Origin: Candidatus Woesearchaeota archaeon
GTDB lineage: Archaea > Nanobdellota > Nanobdellia > SCGC-AAA011-G17 > CAYHUI01
Direction: 5' to 3'
Assembly (NCBI GenBank): GCA_964360175.1
Contig: CAYHUI010000002.1
Coordinates: forward strand, 1-60,028
Length of the DNA stretch: 60,028 bases
Numbering within the stretch: position 1 is the first letter of the stretch; every line of letters begins with the position of its first letter. Both the position numbers and the translations under genes were made by a program. The notes under the pieces were generated by a model that worked only from the letters and a program-made list of their open reading frames with translations, searched no databases and was not told the DNA's origin. This document shows, piece after piece, positions 35,284 to 44,640 of this stretch.

Positions 35284-37581
35284 ATGGTATTGTTCGAAAA
35301 AAAAGTAGGTGTGGGGGAATTTGATATTGTAAGAGACGGTAATGAAGAGATTATGAAGATTAATTATGAAAACTATAATAGAACCCCTTCTGTTGAAGAC
35401 GATGAAAATTGCATGGCTTCTACGTTAGATAAATTGACTCAATCACCAGGTGTTACCAGAATCATATTTAATCAACGCAGAACTTATTCGTATGATTACG
35501 ATCAAACTTTAATATTAAAAGAAATCGCAAATATATTTAATTATCTGATAAAACAGAAAAAAGCATTAAGTTTTGGTTCAGATGTTTTGTCTGCCGAAAG
35601 TCTTACTTATTTTCCTTCTAGACAACAAGAATTACAATATTTAATTTCAGATTTGTTTAAAAAAGACCCTGTTGGTATGTATGTTGAGGTTAAAAGAATT
35701 CTAAGAGAGCAAAAAATTAGATTAAGTAAGATGAAAATTAAAGATCATGTTAAATGCCAACAATATTATATAGATTTACTGGAAGAAATTCTAAAATTAA
35801 TGGACAAAACAAAATTAATTAATACAGCTAAACCTTATCTAGATGGTTTAACTATAGGAGACAGATCTGTTTACAGATTAATATTCAGGCCTTCAATTAC
35901 ACCAGATTTTATTTATACTAGGTTAATATCAACACCACCTTTAACCGGCCAAGAATTAGATGCATATAATATAGATGAAGATACAGAAGTTATGATATTT
36001 AGAACTCCTGGTGATGTTAAAAACTTATATCATTTAATCCCCCCTGAATTTAAATTAGATGAAGATCAATACGAATTGCTAGATTTAGCTAGAAATGTCT
36101 TAGCATCTCACAAACCAAAAGCAGAAGAATTTATAGATCCGGAAAGAATGCGAACTAATTTCTTTAATATAGGTAAAGATCTGATAACAGAACTAGCTCA
36201 ACATAAAGGTTTTGATTTAGATTACGATGAGATAGAAAATTTAGCCAGAATTTTAGTTAGATATACCGTCGGTTTTGGTTTAATTGAGGTTCTGCTTAAA
36301 GATGAGAAAGTACAAGACATTACAGTTAATGGTCCTATAGGAGAGACTCCAATTTTTATTGTACATCAAGATTTCGGAGATTGTGTTACTAATATAATCC
36401 CGAGTCAAGAAGATGGTTTGAGCTGGGCAACTAAATTTAGATTATTAAGCGGTAGGCCTTTAGACGAAGCTAATCCTGTTTTAGATACTGAGTTGATTGT
36501 ACCTAATGCAAGAGCAAGAGTTGCGGTAATTTCTAGTCCTTTAAACCCAGAAGGTTTGGGTTATGCTTTACGCAGGCATAGAGATAAGCCATGGACTTTA
36601 CCTTTATTTATAAACAATAAAATGTTAACACCATTGGCCGCTGGTTTAATCTCTTTTTTAATAGATGGTTCAAGAACTTTTTTAGTAGCAGGTACAAGAA
36701 GTTCTGGGAAAACTTCTTTATTAGCAAGTTTAATTACAGAAATAATGGGGCGATATAGAATAGTAACTATGGAAGATACTTTAGAAATTCCTGTTAAGGC
36801 TTTTAGGGATTTAGGTTATAATATCCAACCTATGAAAGTAAGATCAGCTTTAACAACAGGGGGCACAGAATTAGCAGCTGAAGAAGGGATTAGAACAAGT
36901 TTAAGATTAGGGGATAGTTGTTTAATCGTCGGAGAAGTCAGATCCGTCGAGGCCAAAGCACTTTATGAGGCAATGAGGATAGGAGCACTAGCTAATGTTG
37001 TTGCTGGAACAATACATGGAGCAGACCCTTACGGGGTTTTTGATAGGGTTGTTAATGATTTGGGAGTTCCAAGAACAAGTTTTAAAGCAACAGATATTAT
37101 TATAGTAGCGAATCCAATTAAAACTGCAGATGGTTTGCATAGTGTAAGAAGAGTAACTCAAATAACAGAAGTTAGAAAACACTGGGAAAATGACCCATTA
37201 AGGGAAAATGGTTTTGTAGATTTAATGAAATACGATCCTAAACTAGATCAGCTAGTTCCTACTGAAGATTTGATTAATGGTGAAACTGAAATCATTAAAT
37301 CTATTGCAGGTAATATAAGAGAATTTGCAGGAAATTGGGATGCTGTTTGGAGTAATATCCAATTAAGAGCTGATATTAAAGAAACTTTAGTTAGTTATGC
37401 AAATAAAGCTGAAAGATTGGATTTGTTAGAAGCTGATTTCGTTGTAAAAAGCAATGATCAGTTCCATAGAATTTCTGATATGGTAAGAGAAGAAACCGGA
37501 AGTTTAGATAGTTCTAGAATCTTCTTAGAATGGCAAGATTGGTTAAAAAGAGAATTAAGGAAAAATATTATTAAAGTTTAG
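35284..37581 (+). CDS. Type II/IV secretion-family ATPase (FlaI/PilB/VirB11 class) with a long N-terminal extension
   Basis: 765 aa. Walker A AGTRSSGKTSLL, Walker B-like SCLIVGEVR, and the His-box region AGTIHGADP. The first roughly 330 aa have no motif I recognise. Confidence 0.85.
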   Translation: MVLFEKKVGVGEFDIVRDGNEEIMKINYENYNRTPSVEDDENCMASTLDKLTQSPGVTRIIFNQRRTYSYDYDQTLILKEIANIFNYLIKQKKALSFGSDVLSAESLTYFPSRQQELQYLISDLFKKDPVGMYVEVKRILREQKIRLSKMKIKDHVKCQQYYIDLLEEILKLMDKTKLINTAKPYLDGLTIGDRSVYRLIFRPSITPDFIYTRLISTPPLTGQELDAYNIDEDTEVMIFRTPGDVKNLYHLIPPEFKLDEDQYELLDLARNVLASHKPKAEEFIDPERMRTNFFNIGKDLITELAQHKGFDLDYDEIENLARILVRYTVGFGLIEVLLKDEKVQDITVNGPIGETPIFIVHQDFGDCVTNIIPSQEDGLSWATKFRLLSGRPLDEANPVLDTELIVPNARARVAVISSPLNPEGLGYALRRHRDKPWTLPLFINNKMLTPLAAGLISFLIDGSRTFLVAGTRSSGKTSLLASLITEIMGRYRIVTMEDTLEIPVKAFRDLGYNIQPMKVRSALTTGGTELAAEEGIRTSLRLGDSCLIVGEVRSVEAKALYEAMRIGALANVVAGTIHGADPYGVFDRVVNDLGVPRTSFKATDIIIVANPIKTADGLHSVRRVTQITEVRKHWENDPLRENGFVDLMKYDPKLDQLVPTEDLINGETEIIKSIAGNIREFAGNWDAVWSNIQLRADIKETLVSYANKAERLDLLEADFVVKSNDQFHRISDMVREETGSLDSSRIFLEWQDWLKRELRKNIIKV

Positions 37582-37651
37582 TTTAAATTTCCTTATTTGA
37601 AAAGACTTTGTTTCTTTTCAGAATTTTCTTTTAAAATAGAAAAGAATAAAT

Positions 37652-37924
37652 TTATTTTTTATAACCTTTTACCTCTTTATATAGTAGTCCAGAAGAAAGA
37701 ATAGAAAACATTAAACCTCCACCATAAAATCCCAATCCACCAGGTATAAGATTTCTTGAATATCTTTGTTGTTCATTTGTATGTATTCCAGCACATGCTT
37801 GCTGTATTCTATTAAGACCATTTTCTCTTGGTACTGTTAAATCAGCAAATCCAACAGTAGCTAGAAGTAATCCTCCCCAGACCAATTTTTCTAATTTATC
37901 CATTTTAATTTGTTTTTTTATCAT
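37652..37924 (-). CDS. Small two-TM membrane protein
   Basis: 90 aa with hydrophobic segments LVWGGLLLATVGF and GGLGFYGGGLMFSILSSGLL. 4-nt ATGA overlap with the upstream ORF. Confidence 0.45.
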   Translation of the reverse strand: MIKKQIKMDKLEKLVWGGLLLATVGFADLTVPRENGLNRIQQACAGIHTNEQQRYSRNLIPGGLGFYGGGLMFSILSSGLLYKEVKGYKK

Positions 37925-38184
37925 ATATGTTTTAATTGAACTTTTCCAACTAAACCTTCTACTTCTTCTCTATTAGCTGCTTCTAATATTGCTAATATAG
38001 GTATTCTACTTATAATTTCTCCTATTCTTGATCTTGGAACAGTTTTACCAGGACCAGAAATACGATGATGCTCATCAAAATGTTTTTCTGTAAATGTTCC
38101 GTTAGAATTTCTTCCATAAGTACTTTCTGCACACGTATAACCATTAACAACACAATAAGTTCTAACAGCCTTTACACGTCCCAT
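37921..38184 (-). CDS. Small hypothetical protein, possibly the frameshifted continuation of a gene starting at 38239
   Basis: 87-aa ORF without its own RBS. A 25-codon ORF (38239-38162, MVVKIHEFDVTPEIYYCKDGTCKGC) with a strong GGAGG (38247-38251, 7-nt spacer) overlaps it in another frame. Confidence 0.4.
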   Translation of the reverse strand: MGRVKAVRTYCVVNGYTCAESTYGRNSNGTFTEKHFDEHHRISGPGKTVPRSRIGEIISRIPILAILEAANREEVEGLVGKVQLKHI

Positions 38185-38304
38185 CTTTACAATAATAAAT
38201 TTCTGGTGTTACATCAAATTCATGAATTTTTACTACCATTTTTAAACCTCCTTAATATTTGTTACTACTTTATAATAAATAACTTATATATAAAGCTTTA
38301 GATT

Positions 38305-39165
38305 TCACTCTTTCAAATATTTTTTATGCATCTTTAAATATCTTCTAGAAAAATAATTAAAGAATTTATTTTCATCTTTTTGTAAAGCTTTATAATAATA
38401 TTTTCTTTTTTTGTATTCAGTTATCAACATAGGATATTTGTTATGCCATAAAATATAGTTCATTATTAATCTACCTATTCTACCATTACCATCTCCAAAA
38501 GGATGGATCATCTCAAATTTATAGTGTATTCTTGCTGCTAATTCAACTACATTCATATTTTTGTTTTTATTATAAAATTCAATTAACCCTTTCATTAGAG
38601 GTTTAACATCCTGCCAATCAGGAGCAATATAATCACCAACTCTAACTAAATATTCTCTAAATTTTCCAGCAATATCTTGCTTAGTATTCCTAAAAAGTAA
38701 TTCATGCCATTTTAAAATTAATTTATTATCTAATCTTTCTTTTTTCTCTAACATATCTAAAAAAACTTTTACATGAGACTCAGTTTCTTTTATATCCTTT
38801 AATGGTTTATTTGGAGCGATTTTATGTTCAATTAATTCTCTTGTTTCTTCTAAAGTAATTGTAGAACCTTCTATAGCATTTGTATTATAAGTGAAAGCTA
38901 TCGCAATTTGTTCTTTTAGTTTTTCTTTAACAGATTTTGGATACCTTTGCCATTCTTTTTGAAATCTATTTTTTATAGCATCAAATAATTCAAATAAACT
39001 AGCTTTATTACATTCTTCAAGAAATTTATTTTTTATATCTTCTATATTCAGCGGAATTTTTTTACCCAAATATCTTTCTTTAGTTATTACTTTACCTTGT
39101 TTTCTAAAAGAATGATGTAAATAGTAATACTCTTTATTTTGTTTTGTTCTTTTTAAAATTCTCAT
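38305..39165 (-). CDS. fic: Fic/DOC-family protein (AMPylase-type)
   Basis: 286 aa with the canonical HPFGDGNGRIGR (HxFx[DE]GNGRxxR) motif. Confidence 0.9.
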   Translation of the reverse strand: MRILKRTKQNKEYYYLHHSFRKQGKVITKERYLGKKIPLNIEDIKNKFLEECNKASLFELFDAIKNRFQKEWQRYPKSVKEKLKEQIAIAFTYNTNAIEGSTITLEETRELIEHKIAPNKPLKDIKETESHVKVFLDMLEKKERLDNKLILKWHELLFRNTKQDIAGKFREYLVRVGDYIAPDWQDVKPLMKGLIEFYNKNKNMNVVELAARIHYKFEMIHPFGDGNGRIGRLIMNYILWHNKYPMLITEYKKRKYYYKALQKDENKFFNYFSRRYLKMHKKYLKE

Positions 39166-39173
39166 AATATTTA

Positions 39174-39224
39174 TACACTTACAAAGTATTTAAATTTTCG
39201 CTTTTTGAGAAATTTGTAAGTGTA
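39174..39224. promoter_or_regulatory. 12-bp perfect inverted repeat (TACACTTACAAA / TTTGTAAGTGTA) bracketing a TTTAAATA box just upstream of fic
   Basis: The arms are at 39174-39185 and 39213-39224, with a 27-nt spacer containing a TATA-like TTTAAAT element about 30 nt from the fic ATG (39165). Confidence 0.45.
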
Positions 39225-39334
39225 ATTAATAGGTATTAGTTGCTAACAATAAAGTGTTTAAATAAACAGTAAAGAATTTGATGCAATAGTTGAATCTCTA
39301 GAGTTGATATCCAATAAAAAATAATATTAAAAAT

Positions 39335-39579
39335 TTATTTTAATTTTTCTTCAAGAACTTTCGGATCAAATTTTCTTTTTTGATTAGCTTTTTCGACATA
39401 ATCTGTGATTATCATAGATATATCAAAAAGATTAACTTCACTTCCATCTAATTTTACTTCTTTTACCTCTTTATATTTTATTTTATCTTTTCTCCCTCTA
39501 ATTAAAGATATATCTCTATTTACACCATATATAGTCTATACCTTGAATCATTTTGTAGAATCATATAAGATATTTCCAT
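39335..39579 (-). pseudogene. Possible decayed small gene (two pieces in different frames)
   Basis: My translation is MEISYMILQNDSRYRLYMV*, then in another frame TIYGVNRDISLIRGRKDKIKYKEVKEVKLDGSEVNLFDISMIITDYVEKANQKRKFDPKVLEEKLK*. The break is at an (AT)n run, and the total length is not a multiple of 3. Confidence 0.25.
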
Positions 39580-39704
39580 TTTTAATAATTATATTATGTT
39601 ACTCCTTTTAAGAAAAAAATTTATATATAAATCTTTCGATTTTTATTTAATAGAAAACTTTAATAAAAACAATATTTAAAATTAATATAAAAAAGAGGTG
39701 TATT

Positions 39705-41813
39705 ATGGAGATTAATGATCCAGAGATAAAAGATATTTTAAAAAAATATAAATCTAAATTAGAGAGTAATACATCTAAAAAGCTTGTTAGCGAATTTATC
39801 CCAGATCAAGCATTTACGAGGGAATATGAAAAATTCAGAGAAGAAGCTCTAACTCAAAATGTAAGTTCTTATGAACAATTTTGCAATGCTGCTGAAAAAA
39901 TTTTAAGAGTAAATCCTGGAAAGAAATTTGATGAACTTCAAAAAAATATAGAAATAGCTCATTTAAACGTAACCCCAATAGGAGCAGCTAGTTTTGCTAC
40001 ATTAATAGCTATATTTTTAGTCTTAATAGGCTTGATTATAGGAGCAGCTTCATTTTTCTTAGGAAATCCAATGATAATATTGCCTTTATTGTTGATATTA
40101 GGTGGTTTAATTATAGTAAAACCGTTGACAAATATTCCAAATTACATAGCAACTAGATGGAGATTGAAAGCAAGCAATCAAATGGTTTTATGTATTCTAT
40201 ATATTGTAATGTTTATGAGACATACTTCTAATCTAGAAAATGCAATTAAATTTTCTGCGCATCATATCAAAGAACCTTTATCTTTAGATTTAAGAAAAAT
40301 ATTTTGGGATATTGAAACTGGAAAATATTCTACATTAAAAGAAAGTTTAGATAATTATCTCGTGTCTTGGAGGGATTGGAATTTAGAATTTATAAATTCT
40401 TTTCATCTAATTGAGAGTAGTTTATACGAGCCTAATGAAACAAGAAGAGTTGAATTACTTGATAAATCATTAGAAGTTATTTTAGAAGGCATTTACGAAA
40501 GAATGTTGCATTATGCCCATGAATTAAACAATCCAATTACCATGTTGCATATGCTAGGTATTGTTTTGCCTATATTGGGTTTAGTTATATTTCCATTAAT
40601 GGGAAGCTTTTTAGGGGGTTTGATTAAATGGTGGCATTTGGCAATTTTATACAATATTTTATTACCTATTTTAGTTATTACTCTAGGAAATAATATTTTG
40701 ATAAAAAGACCAACTGGTTATGGAGAAAGTGAAATAGACTTAGAAGACAGAGGAAATCCATTTTTTGCTGCTTTTTTTATCGCATCTATATTTATTATAA
40801 TAGGTTTAATGCCTTTAATATTATATATTACAGATCCTGGATTTGACATCGAATTTGGGACTTTCGGGAAATTTTTAGATTATAAAGATAAAAGCGGACC
40901 TTATGGGGTTGGAGCTTTGATATTTAGTTTATTTATACCATTAGGATTAGCATTTGGAATAGGAACTTATTATAAATTAAAAACTAGGGGGCTAATGAAA
41001 CAAAGAAAAGAAACTAAAGATTTGGAAACAGAATTCGCCAGCAGTTTATTCCAATTAGGAAATAGAATAGGTGATGGAATCCCAGCAGAAATTGCATTTG
41101 AAAAAGTAGCAATTACCATGCATGGTACTCCATCTGGAAATTTTTTCAGCATAGTTTCAAGTAATATAAGGAATTTAGGTATGAACATAAAAGAAGCTGT
41201 TTTTAATAAGAAAAATGGAGCTATCCTCTATTACCCAAGCAGCTTAATTGAAAGTTCTATGAAAGTTCTAGTTGAAAGTTCTATGAAAGGGCCGCAGATA
41301 GTTGCAAGATCTTTAACTAGTATTTCTAATTATATTAAAAGAATTCATGAAGTGAATGAAAGATTAAGAGACTTATTGGCTGATATTGTTGCCAGTATGA
41401 AAGCCCAGATAAGTTTTTTAGCACCTGTAATCGCAGGTATTGTGGTAGGAATTGCTTCTATGATTGTAAATATAATTGGAAAACTAGGAGATATGCTAGC
41501 AAAAGTATCTGCTGAAGGAGAAGGTGCAGAAAGTCTTGGAAATTTAGGAGATATCGCATCTATTTTTAATATAAAAGATGTTATTCCGAGTTATTTTTTT
41601 CAATTAGTAGTAGGTATATATGTAGTAGAAATTGTTTTTATATTAACCAAATTATCCAATTCTATTGAGAACGGTGTTGATAGATTAGGTGAAGAAGATA
41701 GCTTAGCTAGAAATATGATTAGAAGTATTTTTATTTATATAATCGTCTCTTTAATTGTAATCTTGATATTTAATGCACTAGCTGCTACTATACTAACAGC
41801 AACTGAATTTTAA
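39705..41813 (+). CDS. Polytopic platform protein of the pilus/secretion system (GspF/TadC/FlaJ-like)
   Basis: 702 aa. Two soluble helical regions (AIKFSAHHIKEPLSLDLRKIFWDIETGK... and ETEFASSLFQLGNRIGDGIPAEIAFEKVA...) are each followed by TM bundles, the duplicated T2SS-F architecture. AGAGGTG RBS. Confidence 0.7.
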   Translation: MEINDPEIKDILKKYKSKLESNTSKKLVSEFIPDQAFTREYEKFREEALTQNVSSYEQFCNAAEKILRVNPGKKFDELQKNIEIAHLNVTPIGAASFATLIAIFLVLIGLIIGAASFFLGNPMIILPLLLILGGLIIVKPLTNIPNYIATRWRLKASNQMVLCILYIVMFMRHTSNLENAIKFSAHHIKEPLSLDLRKIFWDIETGKYSTLKESLDNYLVSWRDWNLEFINSFHLIESSLYEPNETRRVELLDKSLEVILEGIYERMLHYAHELNNPITMLHMLGIVLPILGLVIFPLMGSFLGGLIKWWHLAILYNILLPILVITLGNNILIKRPTGYGESEIDLEDRGNPFFAAFFIASIFIIIGLMPLILYITDPGFDIEFGTFGKFLDYKDKSGPYGVGALIFSLFIPLGLAFGIGTYYKLKTRGLMKQRKETKDLETEFASSLFQLGNRIGDGIPAEIAFEKVAITMHGTPSGNFFSIVSSNIRNLGMNIKEAVFNKKNGAILYYPSSLIESSMKVLVESSMKGPQIVARSLTSISNYIKRIHEVNERLRDLLADIVASMKAQISFLAPVIAGIVVGIASMIVNIIGKLGDMLAKVSAEGEGAESLGNLGDIASIFNIKDVIPSYFFQLVVGIYVVEIVFILTKLSNSIENGVDRLGEEDSLARNMIRSIFIYIIVSLIVILIFNALAATILTATEF

Positions 41814-41849
41814 AAATATTTATATAGTTAATAATCAAATTTTTTAGTA

Positions 41850-42002
41850 ATGGAAAAAAGAGGCTTAGTTTGGGATGAACTTGGTAAATTTATCATAGGT
41901 ATTGTTATTCTAATAATCCTAATATTGATAATCTATCTATTTAGGGATAAATTAAATCAACTCATTGAAACTTTTAAAAACATTGTAAGGTTTGGAAATT
42001 AA
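41850..42002 (+). CDS. Small (50 aa) membrane protein with a basic N-terminus (KRG) and one hydrophobic helix
   Basis: My translation is MEKRGLVWDELGKFIIGIVILIILILIIYLFRDKLNQLIETFKNIVRFGN. It is below the ORF-track cutoff, and its stop is 1 nt before the next start. Confidence 0.45.
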   Translation: MEKRGLVWDELGKFIIGIVILIILILIIYLFRDKLNQLIETFKNIVRFGN

Positions 42003-42003
42003 A

Positions 42004-42981
42004 ATGGTAGAATTTAATCAGATTTTATACGCTGTTCTTATGGTAGTAGTTGTACTTTTTGTAATAATATTTTTTACACCTGCTAAAAGTTTAGCTTATG
42101 GAATATTAGTAAAATTTGATATTATAACCCCAGCAATAGACTATTCAGAATTAACAGAAGAAACTGCATTAGCTGCATTTGAAAATATAACTAATATTTA
42201 TAACAATTGTATAGAAAGTAAAGATAATACTTGTACATGTACTAAAAAAACTTTAACAGGATTTGAGGAATTTCCCAGATTGAGATCAAATGATGTTATA
42301 AAAATTCAAGGTTCTGGTTTAAACACAATATTATGGTTTGAAAATAAAGAAGAAAAACAACTAGATCAATCTACTTTTAAAGGTGTTTTAAATTGTTTTA
42401 TGACAGCTAAAAAAGAAAACGGTGATTATAAAACTGTTATCGAAAAAAGTCCAGTGTTTATAAAATTTGATGATCCAAGAAGGATTTACATACAAAGACA
42501 AGCTAGACCAGAACCAGGAAATTATTTATATTTTATAGAAGGAGCTCCTGTTTTGTTTAAAGATGTTAATGGAAATATCTGCTTTGCAACAGAATTTTTT
42601 TTAACAGGTGGTATTACAAGCACTACTAAAACAGAGGCTAAAAATTATTTAAACAGCTTAAATTTTTGTTTTCCAAGCAATAAAGACGATGTAAAAAATG
42701 AATTAAACAGACTTAAAGGTTTTATCAACACCTGCAAAAATAATAACATTTGCGGGGAATTTATACTGAATTTACCAAACGATTATACATTGTTACATAA
42801 AAACAGTGGTTTTATTGGAGTTTATTATCTTGAATTAAGCAGTTTTAATTTAGCTTACAGCATTACAGAATTAGGAAGCTATTGTTATAATGATAATGAA
42901 ATTCAAAAAAAATATGTTAATGGAGATACTTTAAAATTGGAAAAAAAAGACAACAAGATTTGTTTAAATTTAGTTGAGTAA
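42004..42981 (+). CDS. N-terminally anchored, cysteine-rich (10 Cys) extracellular protein of the pilus locus
   Basis: MVEFNQILYAVLMVVVVLFVIIFF anchor. I prefer the ATG at 42004 over the TTG at 41992. Confidence 0.6.
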   Translation: MVEFNQILYAVLMVVVVLFVIIFFTPAKSLAYGILVKFDIITPAIDYSELTEETALAAFENITNIYNNCIESKDNTCTCTKKTLTGFEEFPRLRSNDVIKIQGSGLNTILWFENKEEKQLDQSTFKGVLNCFMTAKKENGDYKTVIEKSPVFIKFDDPRRIYIQRQARPEPGNYLYFIEGAPVLFKDVNGNICFATEFFLTGGITSTTKTEAKNYLNSLNFCFPSNKDDVKNELNRLKGFINTCKNNNICGEFILNLPNDYTLLHKNSGFIGVYYLELSSFNLAYSITELGSYCYNDNEIQKKYVNGDTLKLEKKDNKICLNLVE

Positions 42982-43043
42982 TCTAAAGCTACCAAAAACC
43001 TTAAATAGTAATAAATAATTAAAATTTAAAAAGAGGAATTAAT

Positions 43044-43415
43044 ATGTTCAATAAAAAAAGAGGCCAGGGACTTTCTTTAAATGTTATAGTAATCACAATT
43101 TTAGTAATATTAGTCTTAGTAGTAGTTGCAGTTTTCTTTACAGGTGGTTTTGCTAACTTAGGAAGTCTTATCAGCAGATTATATGGATCCCAATTAGTTA
43201 GCGTTTCACAAGCTAAACTTCAATGTGATTCTTGGTGCAATCAATATGAATCTACAGAGAGTGAATTATGGAAAAATAAATGGTGTAATCTTGATGAGAA
43301 TTCTAATTTCGATCTAGATACAGACGGAGATAAAAAAGTTGATAGACCAGACGAAACTTGTAATGGTAATGTAATCAATTCACAATGTCCGGCTATAGGA
43401 AGTTGTGTTTCTTAA
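43044..43415 (+). CDS. Prepilin-like protein (class III signal peptide), 6 Cys
   Basis: MFNKKRG/QGLSLNVIVITILVILVLVVVAVFF: basic residues, Gly, then Gln and a hydrophobic helix, as in archaeal type IV pilins. AGAGGA RBS. Confidence 0.7.
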   Translation: MFNKKRGQGLSLNVIVITILVILVLVVVAVFFTGGFANLGSLISRLYGSQLVSVSQAKLQCDSWCNQYESTESELWKNKWCNLDENSNFDLDTDGDKKVDRPDETCNGNVINSQCPAIGSCVS

Positions 43416-43437
43416 TTTTTATTTCTTATAATCTAAA

Positions 43438-43617
43438 ATGATATTTAAAAACGGCCAAGGTATGCCTACTGAAACAATAATTATAATCCTCTTAGCAATA
43501 TTAGTTTTTGTCATCGTGTTAGTTATATTTCTTACACAAGGTGGTGATATATCAAAAGGTTTTAGTGGAATAATAAAGTCTGTAATTAATATATCTAAAA
43601 GTACTAAAATTGGTTAA
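43438..43617 (+). CDS. Small prepilin-like protein (59 aa)
   Basis: My translation is MIFKNG/QGMPTETIIIILLAILVFVIVLVIFLTQGGDISKGFSGIIKSVINISKSTKIG. It is below the ORF-track cutoff. Confidence 0.55.
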   Translation: MIFKNGQGMPTETIIIILLAILVFVIVLVIFLTQGGDISKGFSGIIKSVINISKSTKIG

Positions 43618-43618
43618 A

Positions 43619-44122
43619 ATGAATAAAAAAGCTGCAGTTAGATTAAGTTTAGCATTTATGATAGGAGTTCTTTTTACTGTAGTGGGTTTATTCGTTTTCT
43701 ACAATATATCAAACACATTTCTGGGTTTTTTAATAAAAGGCCAAGCAGTCTGTGATGATAATTTAGATTATTATAATAATATAGTTAATATTATCCAAAA
43801 TTTAGAGCCTCAAAAAGCTGTTAAAGAAGAACTTGTTGATATTAGAAATAATTGTGCTTTAATTGCATTTAGTTCAAAAAAAGAATCTTTTGTTTCAAAA
43901 CCAGATAAATGTTTCCAGAAAAGTTGTTTATGTATGTGTTATATAGGTGCAAAAATAGGCCAAAGCGATTGCGAAAAAGCTAAATACTGCGAATCATTCG
44001 AAGGTATAGAAGAGATTAACGGTGCTCAAAAAATAAATGGATTTGAAGAACAAGTTTATATAAATGAACTTAATAAATTAGAAATAAGTAGAATAGATAA
44101 TACTATTCAAATTTTAATTTAA
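43619..44122 (+). CDS. Prepilin-like / N-terminally anchored protein, 8 Cys
   Basis: MNKKA/AVRLSLAFMIGVLFTVVGLFVF. The ATG at 43619 is 1 nt after the preceding stop. Confidence 0.6.
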   Translation: MNKKAAVRLSLAFMIGVLFTVVGLFVFYNISNTFLGFLIKGQAVCDDNLDYYNNIVNIIQNLEPQKAVKEELVDIRNNCALIAFSSKKESFVSKPDKCFQKSCLCMCYIGAKIGQSDCEKAKYCESFEGIEEINGAQKINGFEEQVYINELNKLEISRIDNTIQILI

Positions 44123-44129
44123 AAATAAA

Positions 44130-44531
44130 ATGGAAGATAAACAAATAATTTGGACTTTTTATTTGCTTGTTGTAATGTTCGCAATGATTAGTTTATTTAT
44201 ATTTGTTAGAAATTCAGCTGATGATGAATTATTCAGACAAAAGGTTTTAGCTTTAGATTTATCTTTTTTAGAAGACGCAATAATTTCCAGTCCTGGAGAT
44301 ATAAAAATTAATTATGATCTAAAAGGAAATTATTTAGAAGGGTTTAACATAAAAACGGAAAAATGCAATGTTTTTATCCAATTAGAAGGTGATTTAATTT
44401 ATGATGTAAATGAAAAATGTTTTGATGATGAATTTTTAGAGAGGGATTCTGATATAATTTTATCAAATCCAGAAAAAATCAAATTTAAAAAAGAAAATAA
44501 TAAATTAATAATATTCGATAAAAATGAATAA
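44130..44531 (+). CDS. N-terminally anchored protein of the pilus locus, 2 Cys
   Basis: 133 aa with the MEDKQIIWTFYLLVVMFAMISLFIFV anchor. Confidence 0.55.
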   Translation: MEDKQIIWTFYLLVVMFAMISLFIFVRNSADDELFRQKVLALDLSFLEDAIISSPGDIKINYDLKGNYLEGFNIKTEKCNVFIQLEGDLIYDVNEKCFDDEFLERDSDIILSNPEKIKFKKENNKLIIFDKNE

Positions 44532-44640
44532 AAAAGCCATTTCAGAAGGTGTAAGATTTTTAGCAATACTCATCTTAATCATTTTATTTATCATTGGTGT
44601 TTGGTTAATAATAAACAGGGTGACAAATCTTGTTAAATAA
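44524..44640 (+). CDS. Very small (38 aa) prepilin-like membrane protein
   Basis: My translation is MNKKA/ISEGVRFLAILILIILFIIGVWLIINRVTNLVK. It overlaps both neighbours by a few nt. Confidence 0.4.
   Translation: MNKKAISEGVRFLAILILIILFIIGVWLIINRVTNLVK

Noticed and set aside
39405-39611. 68-aa plus-strand ORF in the fic-platform spacer.
   Set aside because: There is no RBS, and the translation is low-complexity and Ser/Leu/Phe/Ile-rich. The opposite strand shows a more protein-like, though broken, reading frame (39335-39579).
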